Part shown: positions 10,669 through 23,540 of the stretch, piece after piece
Numbering within the stretch: position 1 is the stretch's first letter
How the letters are laid out: each line of letters starts with the position of its first letter
NCBI RefSeq assembly: GCF_963921235.1
Contig: NC_086097.1
Location: 104,906,001-104,970,000 of the forward strand
Length of the DNA: 64,000 bases
Direction of reading: 5' to 3'
Source of the DNA: Mobula hypostoma
Taxonomy: Eukaryota
The notes under the pieces: generated by a model
Told to the model about the DNA's origin: nothing
Seen by the model: only the letters and a program-made list of their open reading frames with translations
Databases searched by the model: none
Made by a program: the position numbers and the translations under genes

Positions 10669-13357
10669 TTATTAAAATTAAAATTAGTACCAAAGCTAAA
10701 TTTCTCTAAAACGTTCAATAAATATTTCCATTTAATTCTATCAAATGCCTTTTCAGCATCAAAAGAAACAACAAATTGGGGAGTTTTCGAGGGGGATGAG
10801 TATATAACATTTAACAGTCTCCGAGTATTAGAAAAAGAATAACAGCCTTTTATAAAACTCGTTTGGTCCTGAGAAATAAATTTAGCTAGTATATTCTCCA
10901 ACTGATTAGCCATTATTTTTGAAAAAATTTTGGCATCTACATTTACTAATGAGATAGGTCTATATGAAGCACAATCCGTAGGGTCTTTATCTTTCTTAAG
11001 AATTAAAGAAATAGAAGCTTCATAAAATGTAGAAGGTAACTCTCCTAACAAAAAGGAATCTTTAAACATTTCCAACATATAAGAAGTAAGCAAATTTTCA
11101 AATTTTTTATAAAATCCTACTGAAAAACCACTTAGTCCAGGAACTTTACCAGATTGCATTGAAAAAATAACTTTCTGAATTTCTCTTTCAGTAAAAGGAG
11201 TATCAAGAATTTGTTGATCTTCAACAGATATTCTAGGAAAATCAATCTTTTGTAAAAAAAGGCATTCATTTTAGAAGGATCAGCTGGAAACTGAGATTTA
11301 TAAAGTTCACTGTAATAGTCTTGAAAAATGTTATTAATATCTTCATAGTTACAAGCTAAACTACCATCTCCCTTACGAATGTTTAAAATTTGTCTTTTAA
11401 CTCTTAACTGCTTTTAGTTGGGATGCCAGTAGCTTATTACTTTTATCTCCAAACACATAAAATTGACTTTTTAATTTGAGCAAATTTCTTTCAATAGGAT
11501 AAGTTAATAATAAATTATATTGTGATTGAAGTTCAACCCTTTGTTTAAGTAAGTCAATATTAGGAGAAACTGCATAAATGTTATCCAAGTCTTTAATTTG
11601 TTTTGAAATCCTATCTAACTCTATTTTTGTCTGTTTCTTAAGCTTAGCCAAATAGGAGATTATCTGACCTCGCAAGTACGTCAGATACTGTATCCCACTT
11701 AATCAATTTCGACATATCTTCTGTATTATTAAAAAGAAAAAAAGTCTTTTATTTGAATCTATAAATTTAACGAAGTCCAAACTTTGTAATAAGTTTTCTG
11801 GAAAACGCCAAGGCAAGTTTACATTGCTAACATCATTCAACTCAAAAGTTAAGCTTAAAGGTACATGATCCGAAACAGCAATAGCATCATATTCTCATTT
11901 CTAGACTTTGGACAAAAATCGGAAATCAGCTATAAAATAATCAATTCGCAAGTATTTTTTATGGACATGTGAATAAAAAGAATAATCTCTATCATTAGGA
12001 TGTAGATTTCTCCAGATTTCTATCAAACCATAATCAATTAAAAAGGAATTAATAAGTGATGCTGAACCACTCGGAAGCTGCTGATTCATTGAACTCTTGT
12101 CAATCAAAGGGTTTAAACAACAGTTGAATTTACCTCCCATCAGCAGCATATATTCATTTAAGTCTGGTAAAATAAACCAAATACATTTTTAAAAAAAGAA
12201 GGATCATCTACATTAGGTCCATATAGATTAACCAAGACAATTTTTCTATTACAGATTGATCCTTTAATAATTAAAAATCTACCGTTGATATCTGAGACGA
12301 TATCTTCTTGGATAAATAAAATATTAGCTTTCCTAATAATAGATACTCCCTTTGTTTTATTTTGACAAGTAGCATGATATTGAAGGCCCTTCCAGGTTTT
12401 AAAAAATCTATTTTGATCACCCATTCTGATATGCGTTTCTTGAGCAAAAATTATATTGGGCTGGAATCGGTTAATAATTTTAAAAGTCTTCTTTCACTTA
12501 ATAGGGTGATTCCAGCCACGTACGTTCCAACTAACAACATTTATCTGTTTATTAACCATAGAATATTGTTTTAAACACGAGAAAACACGCATACCATCGT
12601 GGGCTAATCAAAGATGGTGGTGATGAGTATAACCATATAGAAAACATGCATGCTCCGGAGCTCCATAATGGGAAAAAACCTGAAAAAGAAATCTTATAGT
12701 AAACCCCAAAATGCAAAAAAACCCCAAATGCTCCCCCATCCCAAAAGGTAGAAATCCGGCAAAAAGGAAGGAAAAAGCCGGAATGCTTCCCCAAAGAAAG
12801 AGAGAAAAGCAGAACTCCGCATGCGGCTCAATATAAATAGTGATTTAAAAGTTTTTCTCCCAATTCCCCCCACCCTTTACAAAGAAATCACGTGACCCTA
12901 AGATAAGAAAGCTCAGCAGAGAAACAGAAAAAAGATGTTTATAGTTAATCATTGAAAATAAACTAGGAATGCAAAAACAGTCTCCGAAGGCGTCAAAACA
13001 ACACTATTTAAACCTAAACAGTACATTCTCAAACAAGAAAAAGACACCATTATTCCTTTAGCTTAAAACTAAAGCTAATTATCTATTCTAAACACTCCTC
13101 ACTATATAAGAAAGAGTCTATATAAACTATGAAAGCTACCATTTAATTAATAAAAGAAAAGGAAGAAAGAAACAGATAATCAAACCAGTTAATAATCTGT
13201 CCACTGTGTTAGTTCACTCCATGTACCAAACAGACTTCAAAAAAGTAATTCATTGGTCAAACCGAGAAGTTCACCTCTTCTTTAAATAGTTCATCAGTCA
13301 AAGGAAATTTTCAGCATATCAAAAATCTTCAAAGCCTGTTTTCTTTCAGAAAATTAT

Positions 13358-14179
13358 TCAGCAACCCAAATATCCTTCATGCGTCAGCTGACTCCACGAT
13401 AGAGTTAACAAAGTCCAATGCTGCTTGGGAATCCGAAAACACACGGGTATAGAATTTTTAGGAAATAATTTTAACCTTGCTGGATGGTGAAGTGATGGAA
13501 AAAGTCCCTTTTCATGAGCAGTTTTTATCGCTGGGGCAAATTTGATCTGCTGTTCCACAGTTTCCCGTGGATAATGTTCGTAAAAACGGATCTCGGAACC
13601 GTTAAATTTAAAAACTCTCTGTTTCCTTGCACATTTTATAATTTGGTCTTTAACTTTAAAGCGAAGAAAGTTGACCAAAATAGGGTGAGATTTACCTGAG
13701 GTCTGAGAATTCGATATGAAAATTCTATGAGCTCTTTCAATATCAGGAAGTTGAAGTAGAATATCCGGAAACAAAGATTGAAACAAATTGGCAAAATAGT
13801 CCAATAAATTCCCACTCTCAGAACTTTCCTCGAGTTCAATAATTCGTAGAGTATTCCGACGAGATTTCGCCTCTAAATTGACAATTTTATATTGAGCCTG
13901 TTCCAAGCGGGTTGAAATATCCACAATCTGACGTTTCGATTCTTTAAACTCAGTATTCAAGGAAATAATATTTTCCTCAATAGTCTGAAAACTCTGTCGG
14001 AACAACTTCGATTCAGAAGTGTTATTGTCTATTTTGTTGTCGAGAGCCATCAATGCATGTTCCAAACACTCAGCCCAGACAGGCATATCTTCCGATTTTT
14101 CTTTCAAAAGTTTTTCCCTTTCCATTGCTGGATTCAAAAGACAACTTTCCACTTCATAAAGGATATGACATGATAACAA
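13358..14179 (-). pseudogene. L1 ORF1p (coiled coil and RRM-type RNA-binding protein), TE-derived
   Basis: 273-aa ORF with heptad repeats followed by L1 ORF1 motifs (SRRNTLRIIEL.E, IERAHR, IRFYEHY). Confidence 0.8.
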
Positions 14180-14299
14180 CTATTTCCCTCTAAGATCTGA
14201 GAAATAAAAGTTAAAAATGCAAGGTTTAAACTGGGGAAAAAGGAGGAATTAAAGGTAGCCGCAAAATTTATGTATTACTCCGCAGGCGGAAGTCTCCTA

Positions 14300-15060
14300 A
14301 TATTTCCAAATGTATCACTTCTACTTACGTGGATTAAACTTCATTTGCTTTTTCTCAGTCCATTTCACCAATATATCAATACCATCTTGTGTCATTTGAC
14401 TATGCTTCACAAAGTCAACAATTCCATCAACACTGCCATCTGAGAACATCCACATCCTGATTACTCATCTATATTTCAAACAGCATGGGTCCCAGCACTG
14501 ATCCCTGTTGAACATCACTAGTCAAGGGCATACACTCACTGAAACACGTTGAGTATTGTGAACAGTTTTGGGCTTCTCATGTAAGAAAAGATGTGCTGAC
14601 ATTGGAGAGAGTTCAGAGGAAGTTCACAAGAATGAAAGGGTTATCATATGAGGAACGTTTGATTGCTCTGTGTCTGTACTTGCTGGAATTTAGAAGGGTG
14701 AGGCGGGATCTCATTGAAACCTTTTGAGTGTTGAAAGGCCTATTCAGAGTAGATGTGGAAAGGATGTTTCCCTTGGTGGGGAGCATCAGGATAGAGGGGC
14801 CTCTATTGAAAACAGATGCGGAGAAATTTCTTTAGCCAGAGGATGGTGAGTTTTTGGAATTTATTACCACAGGCAGCTGTGGAGGATAGGTCATTGGGTT
14901 TATTTAAGATGGAGCTTGATAGGTTCTTGATTGGGCATGAAATCAAAGATTATGGGAGAAGGTTGGGAAGGGGGGGGAAAGGATCAACCACGACTGAATG
15001 GCAGAGCAGACTCGATGGGCTAAATGCCATAATTCTGCTCCTCTGTCTTATGGTCTTTAC
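14300..15060. mobile_element. CR1 fragments (- strand ~14300-14545, + strand ~14545-15060)
   Basis: LEYCEQFW, RVQRKFTR and RRNFFSQR remnants and a CR1 3' tail ending in TCTTATGGTCTT. Confidence 0.7.
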
Positions 15061-15238
15061 CATACCAGTGACCCAGATTCAATTCAACTTCTTATGGAAA
15101 CTATCCTCTACCATCACATTCCGTCTCCAACTGCTGAGTCAATCTTGGATCCAGTTTGCGAACTTTTGAGAGTAACAGTGGTCTGGATGTCCAGTACCTG
15201 TTCTCTTTAATAATAACCCATCTGTCTGTTTTCTTCAG

Positions 15239-15360
15239 GCAATGGCAGAAGAAGCAGGTGAGCCAGAGAAAGCCCGGCAAATCCAGGAACAGCTGAATGA
15301 ATTGGAAGAACGGGCAGAGGCCCTCGACAGACTTCGCACGAAAAACATCTCTGCCATCAG
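15239..15360 (+). CDS. RTF1: RTF1 coding exon ([41 protein letters not shown])
   Basis: Polypyrimidine tract and CAG acceptor at 15236-38, GTCAGG donor at 15361. The peptide matches the vertebrate RTF1 C-terminal region as I recall it ([28 protein letters not shown]). 122 nt, ends in phase 2. Confidence 0.95.
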
Positions 15361-15631
15361 GTCAGGAAAGAAGAGACTTGCATTTTATATGGCAACTCTT
15401 AATCATTTCAGGTTTTCCCAAAGTGTACATTTGTAAGATAGCCTTCTTTATGTTATGAACAGTTGACTTGTGGCTACCTATACAATGAACAAACCTGCAT
15501 TACATTATTAAATTAAATTAGAATCAAATGTATGTACATTCATTCCTACAAGCAGCAGAAGCTTTCCTCTTTCTCTCTACTTTCACTAACTGTTCTTTAT
15601 CGGACCCGTGTGCTTTAATGCCTTTCAGTTC

Positions 15632-16715
15632 AGAAGGCCTTTGACAAGGTGTCACACATAAGGCTGCCAAGTTATTACAGGAAAGTTACTGGCATGGTTA
15701 GAACATTGACAAACTGGTAGGAGGCAGCAAGTGGGAATAAAAAGATCCTTTTCTGATTGGCTTCCAGTGACTGGAGGTGTTCCACAGTGGTTGGTGTTGG
15801 GACTGCTTCTTTGTGTGCTACAATCAATGATTTAGATGATGGAATAGATAGCTTTGTTGCCAAATTTGCAGATGATACAAAGACTGGTGGGCGGCAGATC
15901 GTGTTGAGGAAACAGGAAGGCTGCAGAAAGACTTAGACCGATTAGTAGAATGGGCAAGAAAGTGGCAAGTGAGATATAATGTTGGAAAATACATGGTCAT
16001 GCACTTTGGTTGTAGAAATAAATGTGCAGACTATTTTCTAAACGGAGAAAATCCAAAAATCTGATATGCAAAGGGACTTGGGAGTCCTTCTACAGAACAT
16101 CCTAAAAGTTAACTAGCAGGTTGAGTTGGTGGTGAAAAAGGCAAACGCAATTTTAGCATTCATTTCAAGAGGTCTTGAATACAAGAGCAGGGATGTGATG
16201 CCGAGATTATATAAGGCACTGGTGAGGCCTCACCTTGAGTATTGTGAACAGTTTTGGGCCCCTCATCTTAGAAAAGTTGTGCTAGCATTGGAGAGGGTTC
16301 AGAGGAGGTTCACAAGGATGATTCCGGGGTTGAAAGGGTTCTGCTCCTGGGATGAAGGAACGTTTGATAGCTCTGAGTCTGTACTCACTGGAATTTAGAA
16401 GGATGGGGGGGGTGGGGGGAATCTCATTGAAACCTTTTAAATGTTGAAAGGCCCAGACAGAGTAGATGTGGAAAGGATGTTTCCCATGGTGCTGGAGTCT
16501 AGCACAAGAAGGCACAGGCAACTCTGGAGGGTATTTTGTTGGGTATATTTAAGTCAGAGCTTGATGGGCTCTTGATTGGATACTGCATCAAAGATTACGA
16601 GGAGAAGGCTGGGGGAGTGGGGCTGAGGAGATGGGAAAGGGATCAACCATGAATGAATGACAGAGCAGACTCTTTGGTCCAAATGGCCTAATTCTGCTCC
16701 TATGTCTTATGTTCT
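15632..16715 (+). mobile_element. CR1 LINE RT/3' fragment
   Basis: QKAFDKV, KFADDTK and ALVRPHLEYCEQFW motifs and a CR1 tail. Confidence 0.8.
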
Positions 16716-16977
16716 TATTATAAGGCCCTCTCCTCTTTCCACCGTGCCCACCCCACAAGTCCTCACACTTGACTAACAAAACTGCAAAAGACTTTTGCAG
16801 TTTTGTTACCCAAGTGTGAGGTGCCAGAAGACTGGAGAATAGCTAATGTTCCTCCTTTGTAGAAAAACAGTAGCAGGGATTTGCATGGAAGTTACAGACC
16901 AGTGAGCCTTGTATTGGATTGTTGAAGAAGATAGGATTTATGTTCACTTGGAAAGGCAAGGATCGAGGAGAAGACAG

Positions 16978-18328
16978 AAACAAGACAAAATCTGCAGATG
17001 CTTGAAATCTGAGCAACACACACACAATGCTGGAGGTACTCAGCAGGCCAGGCAGCATCAATGGAAAAGAGTACAGTTGACATTTCAGGCTGAACCTCTT
17101 CTGCAGCACTGGAGTAAAAAAAAGCAAGGAGTAGATTTAAAAGCTGGGGGAAAGGAGAGAGAAACACAAGGTGATAGGTGAAACCTGAAGGGGCAGGGAT
17201 GAAGTAGAGAGCTGGGAAGTTGATTGGTGAAAGGAACAGAAGGCCATGAAAGAATGAAAAGTGGGGAGGAGCACCAGATGGGTGGGCAAGGAGATAATGT
17301 GAGAGGGGGAGTAGGGTATGGGAAATGGTGAGGGGGGGTGGGGCATTACCGTAAGTTCGAGAAATCGATGTTCATGCCATCGGGTTGGAGGTTACCCAGA
17401 CGGAATATAAAGTGTTCCTCCAACCTAAATGTGACCGATCACAACAGTGGAGGAGGCCATGGATAGACATGTTGGAATGGGTATGGGAAGTGGAATTAAA
17501 ATGAGTGGCTACTGGGAGATCCTGCTTTTTCTGACAGACGGGGCATAAGTACTTGGCGAAGCAGTCTCCCAATTTACATCCGGTCTCACCGATATACAGG
17601 AGGCCACACTGGACACAGTATATGATCCAGACTCACGGGTGAAGTGACACCTCACCTGGAAGGACTGTTTGGGCCCTGAATGATAGTGAGAGAGGAGGTG
17701 TAGAGGCAGGTGTAGCGCTTATTCCGCTTGCCAAGATAAGTGCCGGGAGGGATAAATGGTCCCAGGGAGTCATGTAGGGAGTGATCCCTGTAGAAAGTGG
17801 GGGGAAGGGAAAGATGTACTTGGTGGTGGGATCCAATTGGAGATGACAGAAGTTACGGAGAATTATGTGCTAGATGCAGAAAGTGGTGAGTTGGGAAGTG
17901 AGAACAAGAGGAACCCTATCCCTGGTAGGGTGGCAGGACGATGGCGTAAGAGCAGACGTACGTGAAATGGAGGAGATGCAGTTGAGGGCAGCATTGATGG
18001 TGGAGGAAGGGAAGACCCTTTCTTTGAAAAAGGAAGACATCTACTTTGTTCGAGAATGAAAAGCCTCATCCTGTGAGCAGATGCGGAAACAGAGGAATTA
18101 AGGGAAGAGGATGGTATGTTTGCTAGTAACAGGGTGGGAAGAGGTCTCATCCAGGTAGCTGTAAGTCCGTGGGTTTGTAATCGACATCAGTACCCTTCTC
18201 TCAATTCCTCCTCCTCTGCCGCATCTGCTCTCAAAATGAGGCTTTTCACTTTAGAAACGTCAACTGTACTCTTTTCCATAGATGTTGCCTGGCCAGCTGA
18301 GTTCCTCCAGCATTTTGTGTGTGTTGCA
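16978..18328 (-). mobile_element. Penelope-like element (GIY-YIG region) with an inverted partial terminal repeat, inserted in a CR1
   Basis: ORF 17372-17572 (GDCFAKYL...DLPVATHFNS.SH). The terminal repeat at ~17000-17110 (-) recurs inverted at ~18253-18327 (+). Candidate TSD AGAAGACAG (16969-77) / AGAAGTCAG (18329-37). Confidence 0.8.
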
Positions 18329-18454
18329 AGAAGTCAGCATGATTTTATGCAGGAGAGATCTTATCTTAATCCGAGTTTTCTTTAAGGAAGAAACTAAGAA
18401 AATTGGAGTAGGTGTGCTTTTGAGGACTTTTAGGCCTTTTTAATTAAACTTAAT

Positions 18455-18890
18455 TCAAGATTGTTTAATGTCATTTCCAGTACACAGTACACAGTATAAA
18501 GGGGAACAAAATAATTGTTACTCCAGGTTCAATGCAGCAAAAAGCACTAAGATAAAGAACATAATAATAAAAGAACACGGATTATAAATACACAAGGTAG
18601 CTTGTATACCTATATTGATTGTATGTGCATAAAGTGATGCTGGGCACAGGAATGTCTAGGCATAGATGACTGGCGAGACCTTACAAATTAGTGGTGGTTG
18701 TGAGTGTGGAGGATGGGTTAATGGGTGGAGATGTTGATCAGCCTTACTGCTTGGGGAGAGTATCTGTTTGAGTCTGGTGATCCTGGCTTGAATGCTACGT
18801 GGTAGCCTCTTCCCTCATAGGAGTGGGACAAACAGTCCATGAGCAGGGTGTGTGTGGTCCTTCATAATGGTGCTGGCCCTTTTCTGGCAC
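18455..18890 (-). mobile_element. Old Rex1-like LINE 3' fragment
   Basis: The minus strand encodes RASTIMKDHTHPAHGLFVPL.GKRL, the Rex1 C-terminal motif, followed by a 3' UTR-like AT-rich tract. Confidence 0.6.
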
Positions 18891-18902
18891 CGTTTTTTTT
18901 TA

Positions 18903-20177
18903 AGAATAGTACAACACAGTACAGGCCCTTTGGCCCACAATGTTGTGCCGACCCTCAAACCCTGCCTCCCATATAAGCCCCCACCTTAAATTCCTTCATA
19001 TACCCGTCTAGTAGTTTCTTAAATATCACTAGTGTATCTGCCTCCACCACTGACTCAGGCAGTGCATTCCACGCACCAACCACTCTCTGAGTAAAAAACC
19101 TTCCTCTAATATTCTCCTTGAACTTCCCACCCCTTACCTTAAAGCCATGTCCTCTTGTATTGAGCAGTGGTGCCCTGGGGAAGAGGTGCTGGCTATCCAC
19201 TCTTTCTATTCCTCTTATTATCTTGTACACCTCTATCATGTCTCCTCTCATCCTCCTTCTCTCCAAAGAGTAAAGCCCCAGCTCCCTTGATCTTTGATCA
19301 TAATGTGTACTCTCTAAACCAGGCAGCATCCTGGTAAATCTCCTCTGTACCCTTTCCAATGCTTCCACATCCTCCCTATAGTGAGGCGACCAGAACTGGA
19401 CAAGTGTGGCCTAACCAGAGTTTTATAGAGCTGCATCATTACATCGCGACTCTTAAACTCTATCCCTCGACTTAAGCTTAACACCCCTTAAGCTTTCTTA
19501 ACTACCCTATCCACCTATGAGGCAACTTTCAGGGATCTGTGGACATGTACCCCCAGATCCCTCTGCTCCTCCACATTACCAAGTATCCTGCCATTTACTT
19601 TGTACTCTGCCTTGGAGTTTGTCCTTCCAAAGTGTACCACCTCACACTTCTCCGGGTTGAACTCCATCTGCCACTTCTCAACCCACTTCTGCATCCTATC
19701 AATGTCTCTCTGTAATCTTTGACAATCCTCTACACTATCTACAACACCACCAACCTTTGTGTTGTCTGCAAACTTGCCAACCCAGCCTTCTACCCCCACA
19801 TCCAGGTGGTTAATAAAAATCATGAAAAGTAGAGATTCCAGAACAGATCCTTGTGGGACACCATTAGTCACAATTCTCCAATCTGAATGTACTCCCTCCA
19901 CAGCGACCCTCTATCTTCTGCAGGCAAGCCAATTCTGAATCCTCCTTGCCAAACTTCCCTGGATCCCATGCCTTCTGACTTTCTGAACAAGCTTACCGTG
20001 TTGAGCCTTGTCAAATACCTTACTAAAATCCATATAGATTACATCCACTGCACTACCCTCATCTATATGCCTGGTCACCTCCTCAAAGAACTCTTATCAG
20101 GCTTGTTAGACATGATCTGCCCTTCACAAAGCCATGCTGACTGTCCCTGATCAGACCATGATTCTCTAAATGCTCAT
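18903..20177 (-). mobile_element. Young 5'-truncated CR1 LINE
   Basis: ORFs 18955-19368 and 19515-19901. Nearly identical to the + strand copy at 26850-27782. Confidence 0.9.
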
Positions 20178-20871
20178 ATTTTGTGTGTTGCAAGGACCTT
20201 GTAGAGTCTGTAAAATTATGAGGGGTGTAGAGAGGGTAGGTAGAATCTTTTTCCCAGAGCAGGGAGTCTAGAAGTAGATGGGCACAGATTTAAAATGAGA
20301 AGGGAGAAATTTAAAGATTTTAGGTTTTTCCACAAAGTGTGGTGAGTATCTGAAACAAACTGCAAAAAAAAGTTAGAGCCTCATACAGTTGATTACATGT
20401 TGAAAAGGCATGTGGGCAGGTATGTAAATAGAAAGATGGAGAGAGATGTGGGCACATGGGATTGTGTCAATAGGCATCACAGTAGGCATGGACAAGCTGA
20501 GCTGGAAGGATCTGTAGTGTGACCTTAAGTTTATCAAGGATTGAAAGGTTACAAAAGCGTGATTGGACTGAGTGACCAATGGCTTTCTCAGAGATGAGAA
20601 TGTGTGAGCTAATAATGTATATGTATTTTTTAAAGGCCATGTTATTACACTAACTGTGAGTATCTGGATCTGGTTCTGGTTCAGGAAACTAATTTGTGGA
20701 AAGAGAATGGAGTTTGTGACTGGGACCAAAGAGTTTGTTTTTTTTTCATTATTTGAAGAAATGAGTTTGTCTAGCTTTGAATGGTAGACAAGTACTTTGA
20801 TAATTTTGAAGTGAGTTAGAGAGGTTAGATAGAGATTGGTACCACCAGCATAGTACATGTGGAAATTCTTG

Positions 20872-21216
20872 CTGTGTTTTTGGACCCTGATGTGGGACTC
20901 TACAAACATGAAGTGCCAGAGGTGAGTACCAAAGGTAATTGGCAGCAAAATCATCCTCATTCCAACTAGTCTGGCCCAGAAGATGATTGTACATGTCACA
21001 GAGCTACCAAGTTTTGGAAAAAAAATAATAAACAGATTTCTCTTCTTGGTTACTTGGTGACAAGCAGTGCAACTCTCTTTATAATCAATCACCTGTGTTT
21101 TTGAATGTTGATGTGGGACTGTCCAAACATGAAGCAGCAGAGGTCAGTATCAAAGGTAAATGGTGTTAGATGGCCCTCATTCCAACCAGAGTCTGGCCCA
21201 GAAGATAGCACATGTT
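20872..21216 (+). repeat. Diverged direct duplication of a ~125-bp unit (20872-20997 and 21093-21216)
   Basis: Both copies contain CTGTGTTTTTG..TGATGTGGGACT..CAAACATGAAG..CAGAGGT.AGTA.CAAAGGTAA...CCTCATTCCAAC..AGTCTGGCCCAGAAGAT..ACATGT. Confidence 0.8.
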
Positions 21217-21259
21217 ATTTTAGTGTCTCTATTAAAACCTCATTGCTTCTTTCTCTTAG

Positions 21260-21317
21260 CTACATAAACCAGAGGAACAGAGAATGGAACATTGTGGAGT
21301 CTGAAAAAGCTTTACTG
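21260..21317 (+). CDS. RTF1: RTF1 coding exon (S/YINQRNREWNIVESEKALL)
   Basis: TTCTCTTAG acceptor, GTAAGC donor. 58 nt, phase 2 to 0. The peptide matches RTF1 YINQRNREWNIVESEKAL. Confidence 0.95.
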
Positions 21318-21366
21318 GTAAGCATTATTGCTGGATGGTATCATTTGTTGATCAAATGCACTGAAT

Positions 21367-23540
21367 AGAATACAAACATGGAAAACCTACAACACAATAC
21401 AGGCCCTTCGGCTTACAAAGCTGTGCCGAACATATACTTACTTTAGAAATTACCGAGGGTTACCCATAGCCCTTTATTTTTTGAAGCTCCATGTATGTAT
21501 CCAGGAGTCTGTAAAAAGACCCTATCATTATCTGTCTCCACCGCCATCGCCAGCAGCCCATTCCGTGCACTCACCACTTTCTACGTTAAAAAAAGCTTAC
21601 CCTTGACATCTCCTCTGTACTACTTCCAAGCACCTTTAAAACTGTGCCTTTCGTGTTAGCCATTTCAGCCCTGGGAAAAAGTCTCTTGACTATCCACACG
21701 ATCAATGACTCTCATCATTTTATACACCTCTATCAGGTCACCTCTCATCCTTCACCGCTCCAAGGAGAAAAGGCCAAGTTCGCTCAACCTGTTCTCGTAA
21801 TGCATGCTCCCCAATCCTGGCAACATCCTTGTAAATCTCCTCTGCACCCTTTCTATTGTTTCCACATCCTTTCTGTAGTGAGGCGACCAGAACTGAGCAC
21901 AGTACTCCAAGTGGGGTCTGATCAGGGTCCTATATAGCTGTGACATTACCTCTCGGCTCTTAAATTCAATCCCATGGTTGGTGAAGGCCGATGCACCATA
22001 TGCCTTCTTAACCACAGAGACAACCTGCGCAGCAGCTTTGAGCGTCCTATGGACTTGAACCCCAAGATCCTTCTGATCCTTTATACTGCCAAGAGTCTTA
22101 TCATTAATACTATATTCTGCCATCATATTTGACCCACCAGAATGAACCACCTCACACTTACCTGGGTTGAACTCCATCTGCCACTATTCAGCCCAGTTTT
22201 GCATCCTATCGATGTCCTGCTATAACCTCCACACTATCCACAACACCCCTAATCTTTGTGTCATCAGCAAATTTACGAACCCATCCCTCCACTTCCTCAT
22301 CCAGGTCATTTACAAAAATCACGAAGAGAAGGGGTCCGAGAACAGATTCTTGAGGCACACCACTGGTCACCGACCTCCATGCAGAATATGACCCATCTGC
22401 AACCACTCTTTGTCTTCTGTGGGCAAGCCAATTCTGGATCCACAAAGCAAGGTCCCCTTGGATCCCATGCCTCCTTACTTTCTCAATAAGCCTTACATGG
22501 AGTACCTTATCAAATGCCTTGCTGAAATCCATATACACTACACCTAACTGCTTTACCTTCATCAAGGTGATTCGTCACATCCTCAAAAAATTCAATCAGG
22601 CTCGTAAGGCACAACCCGCCTTTGACAAAGCCATACTGACTATTCCTAATCATATTATTCCTCTCCAAAAGTTCATAAATCCTGCCTCTCAGGATCTTCT
22701 CCATCAACTTACCAACCACTGAAGTAAGACTCACTGTTCTATAATTTCCTGGGCTAGCTCTACTCCCTTTCTTGAATTAGGGAACAACATCTGCAACCCT
22801 CCAATCCTCTGGAACCTCTCCTGTCCCCATTGATGATGTAAAGATCATTGCCAGAAGCTCAGCAATCTCCTCCCTTGCCTCCCACAGTAGCCTGGGGTGC
22901 ATCTCGTCCGGTCCCGGAGATTTATCCAACTTGATACTTTCCAAAAGCACATCCTCTTTCTTAATGTCTATATGCTCAAGCTTTTCAATCTGCTGTAAAT
23001 CATCCAAGATCCTTTTCCGTAGTGAATACTGAAGCAAAGTATTTATTAAATACCTCCACTATCTCCTCCGGTTCCATACACACTTCTCCACTGTCACACT
23101 TGATTGGTCCTATTCTCTCACGACTTGGCCTCTTGTTCTTCATACTGGTAGAATGCCATGGGGTTTTCTTTAATCCTGCTCGCTAAGGCCTTCTCAAAGC
23201 CCCTTCTGGTTCCCCTAATTTCATTCTTAAGCTTCTTCCTGCTAGCATTATAATTTTCTAGATCTCTATCATTACCTAGTTTTTGAACCTTTCTTAAGTT
23301 TTTCTTTTCTTCTTGATTAGATTTTCAATGGCCTTTGTACACCACAGTTTCTGTACCCTACCATCCTTTCCTTGTCTCATTGAAACGTACCTATGCAAAA
23401 CAGCGGGCAAATATTCCCTGAACATTTGCCACTTTTCTTCCGTACATTTCCCTGAGAACACCTGTTCCCAATTTGTGCTTCCAAGTTCCTGCCTGATAGC
23501 TTCATATTTCCCCTTACTCCTATTAAATGCTTTCCTAACT
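21367..23540 (-). mobile_element. 5'-truncated CR1 LINE
   Basis: ORFs 21752-22177, 22206-22565, 22510-22734 and 22777-23037 (KSPGPD, YMDFSKAFDKV, KFADDTK). Same subfamily as 28638-33778. Confidence 0.9.

Larger units (their letters stand above)
6450..14297 (-). mobile_element. L1-clade LINE with 5' end, ORF1 and degraded ORF2; 3' end missing; interrupted by a Rex1-like element
   Basis: ORF1 at 13358-14179 (LEAKSRRNTLRI, IERAHR). ORF2 starts at ~12559 (VSWNVRG; LVNLYGPN; YSFYSHVH..Y.RIDYF; SYRPISLVNVDAKI; DAEKAFD), resumes at 7080 (RGTRQ.C.L.PLLF) and runs to LALPNLRMYYWAVN at ~6470. The 5' end begins GGAGACTTCCG. Confidence 0.9.

Noticed and set aside
9940..10675. GC-rich + strand ORFs and CpG-island-like stretch as a host promoter or gene
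   Set aside because: They are the antisense strand of the Rex1-type LINE 5' region.
1..15238. The preceding RTF1 exon (expected to end ...KKTQLLKEK)
   Set aside because: I found no matching peptide with splice sites. It probably lies upstream of the window.
15242..15436. 64-aa ORF as a standalone small protein (likewise 21105-21368 and 35112-35546)
   Set aside because: These are RTF1 exons read through into intron. Similarity stops exactly at the GT donors.
20373..21092. 239-aa - strand ORF
   Set aside because: No recognisable domain, a non-ATG start, and it spans a CR1 tail and unique intron. Most likely a chance open frame.
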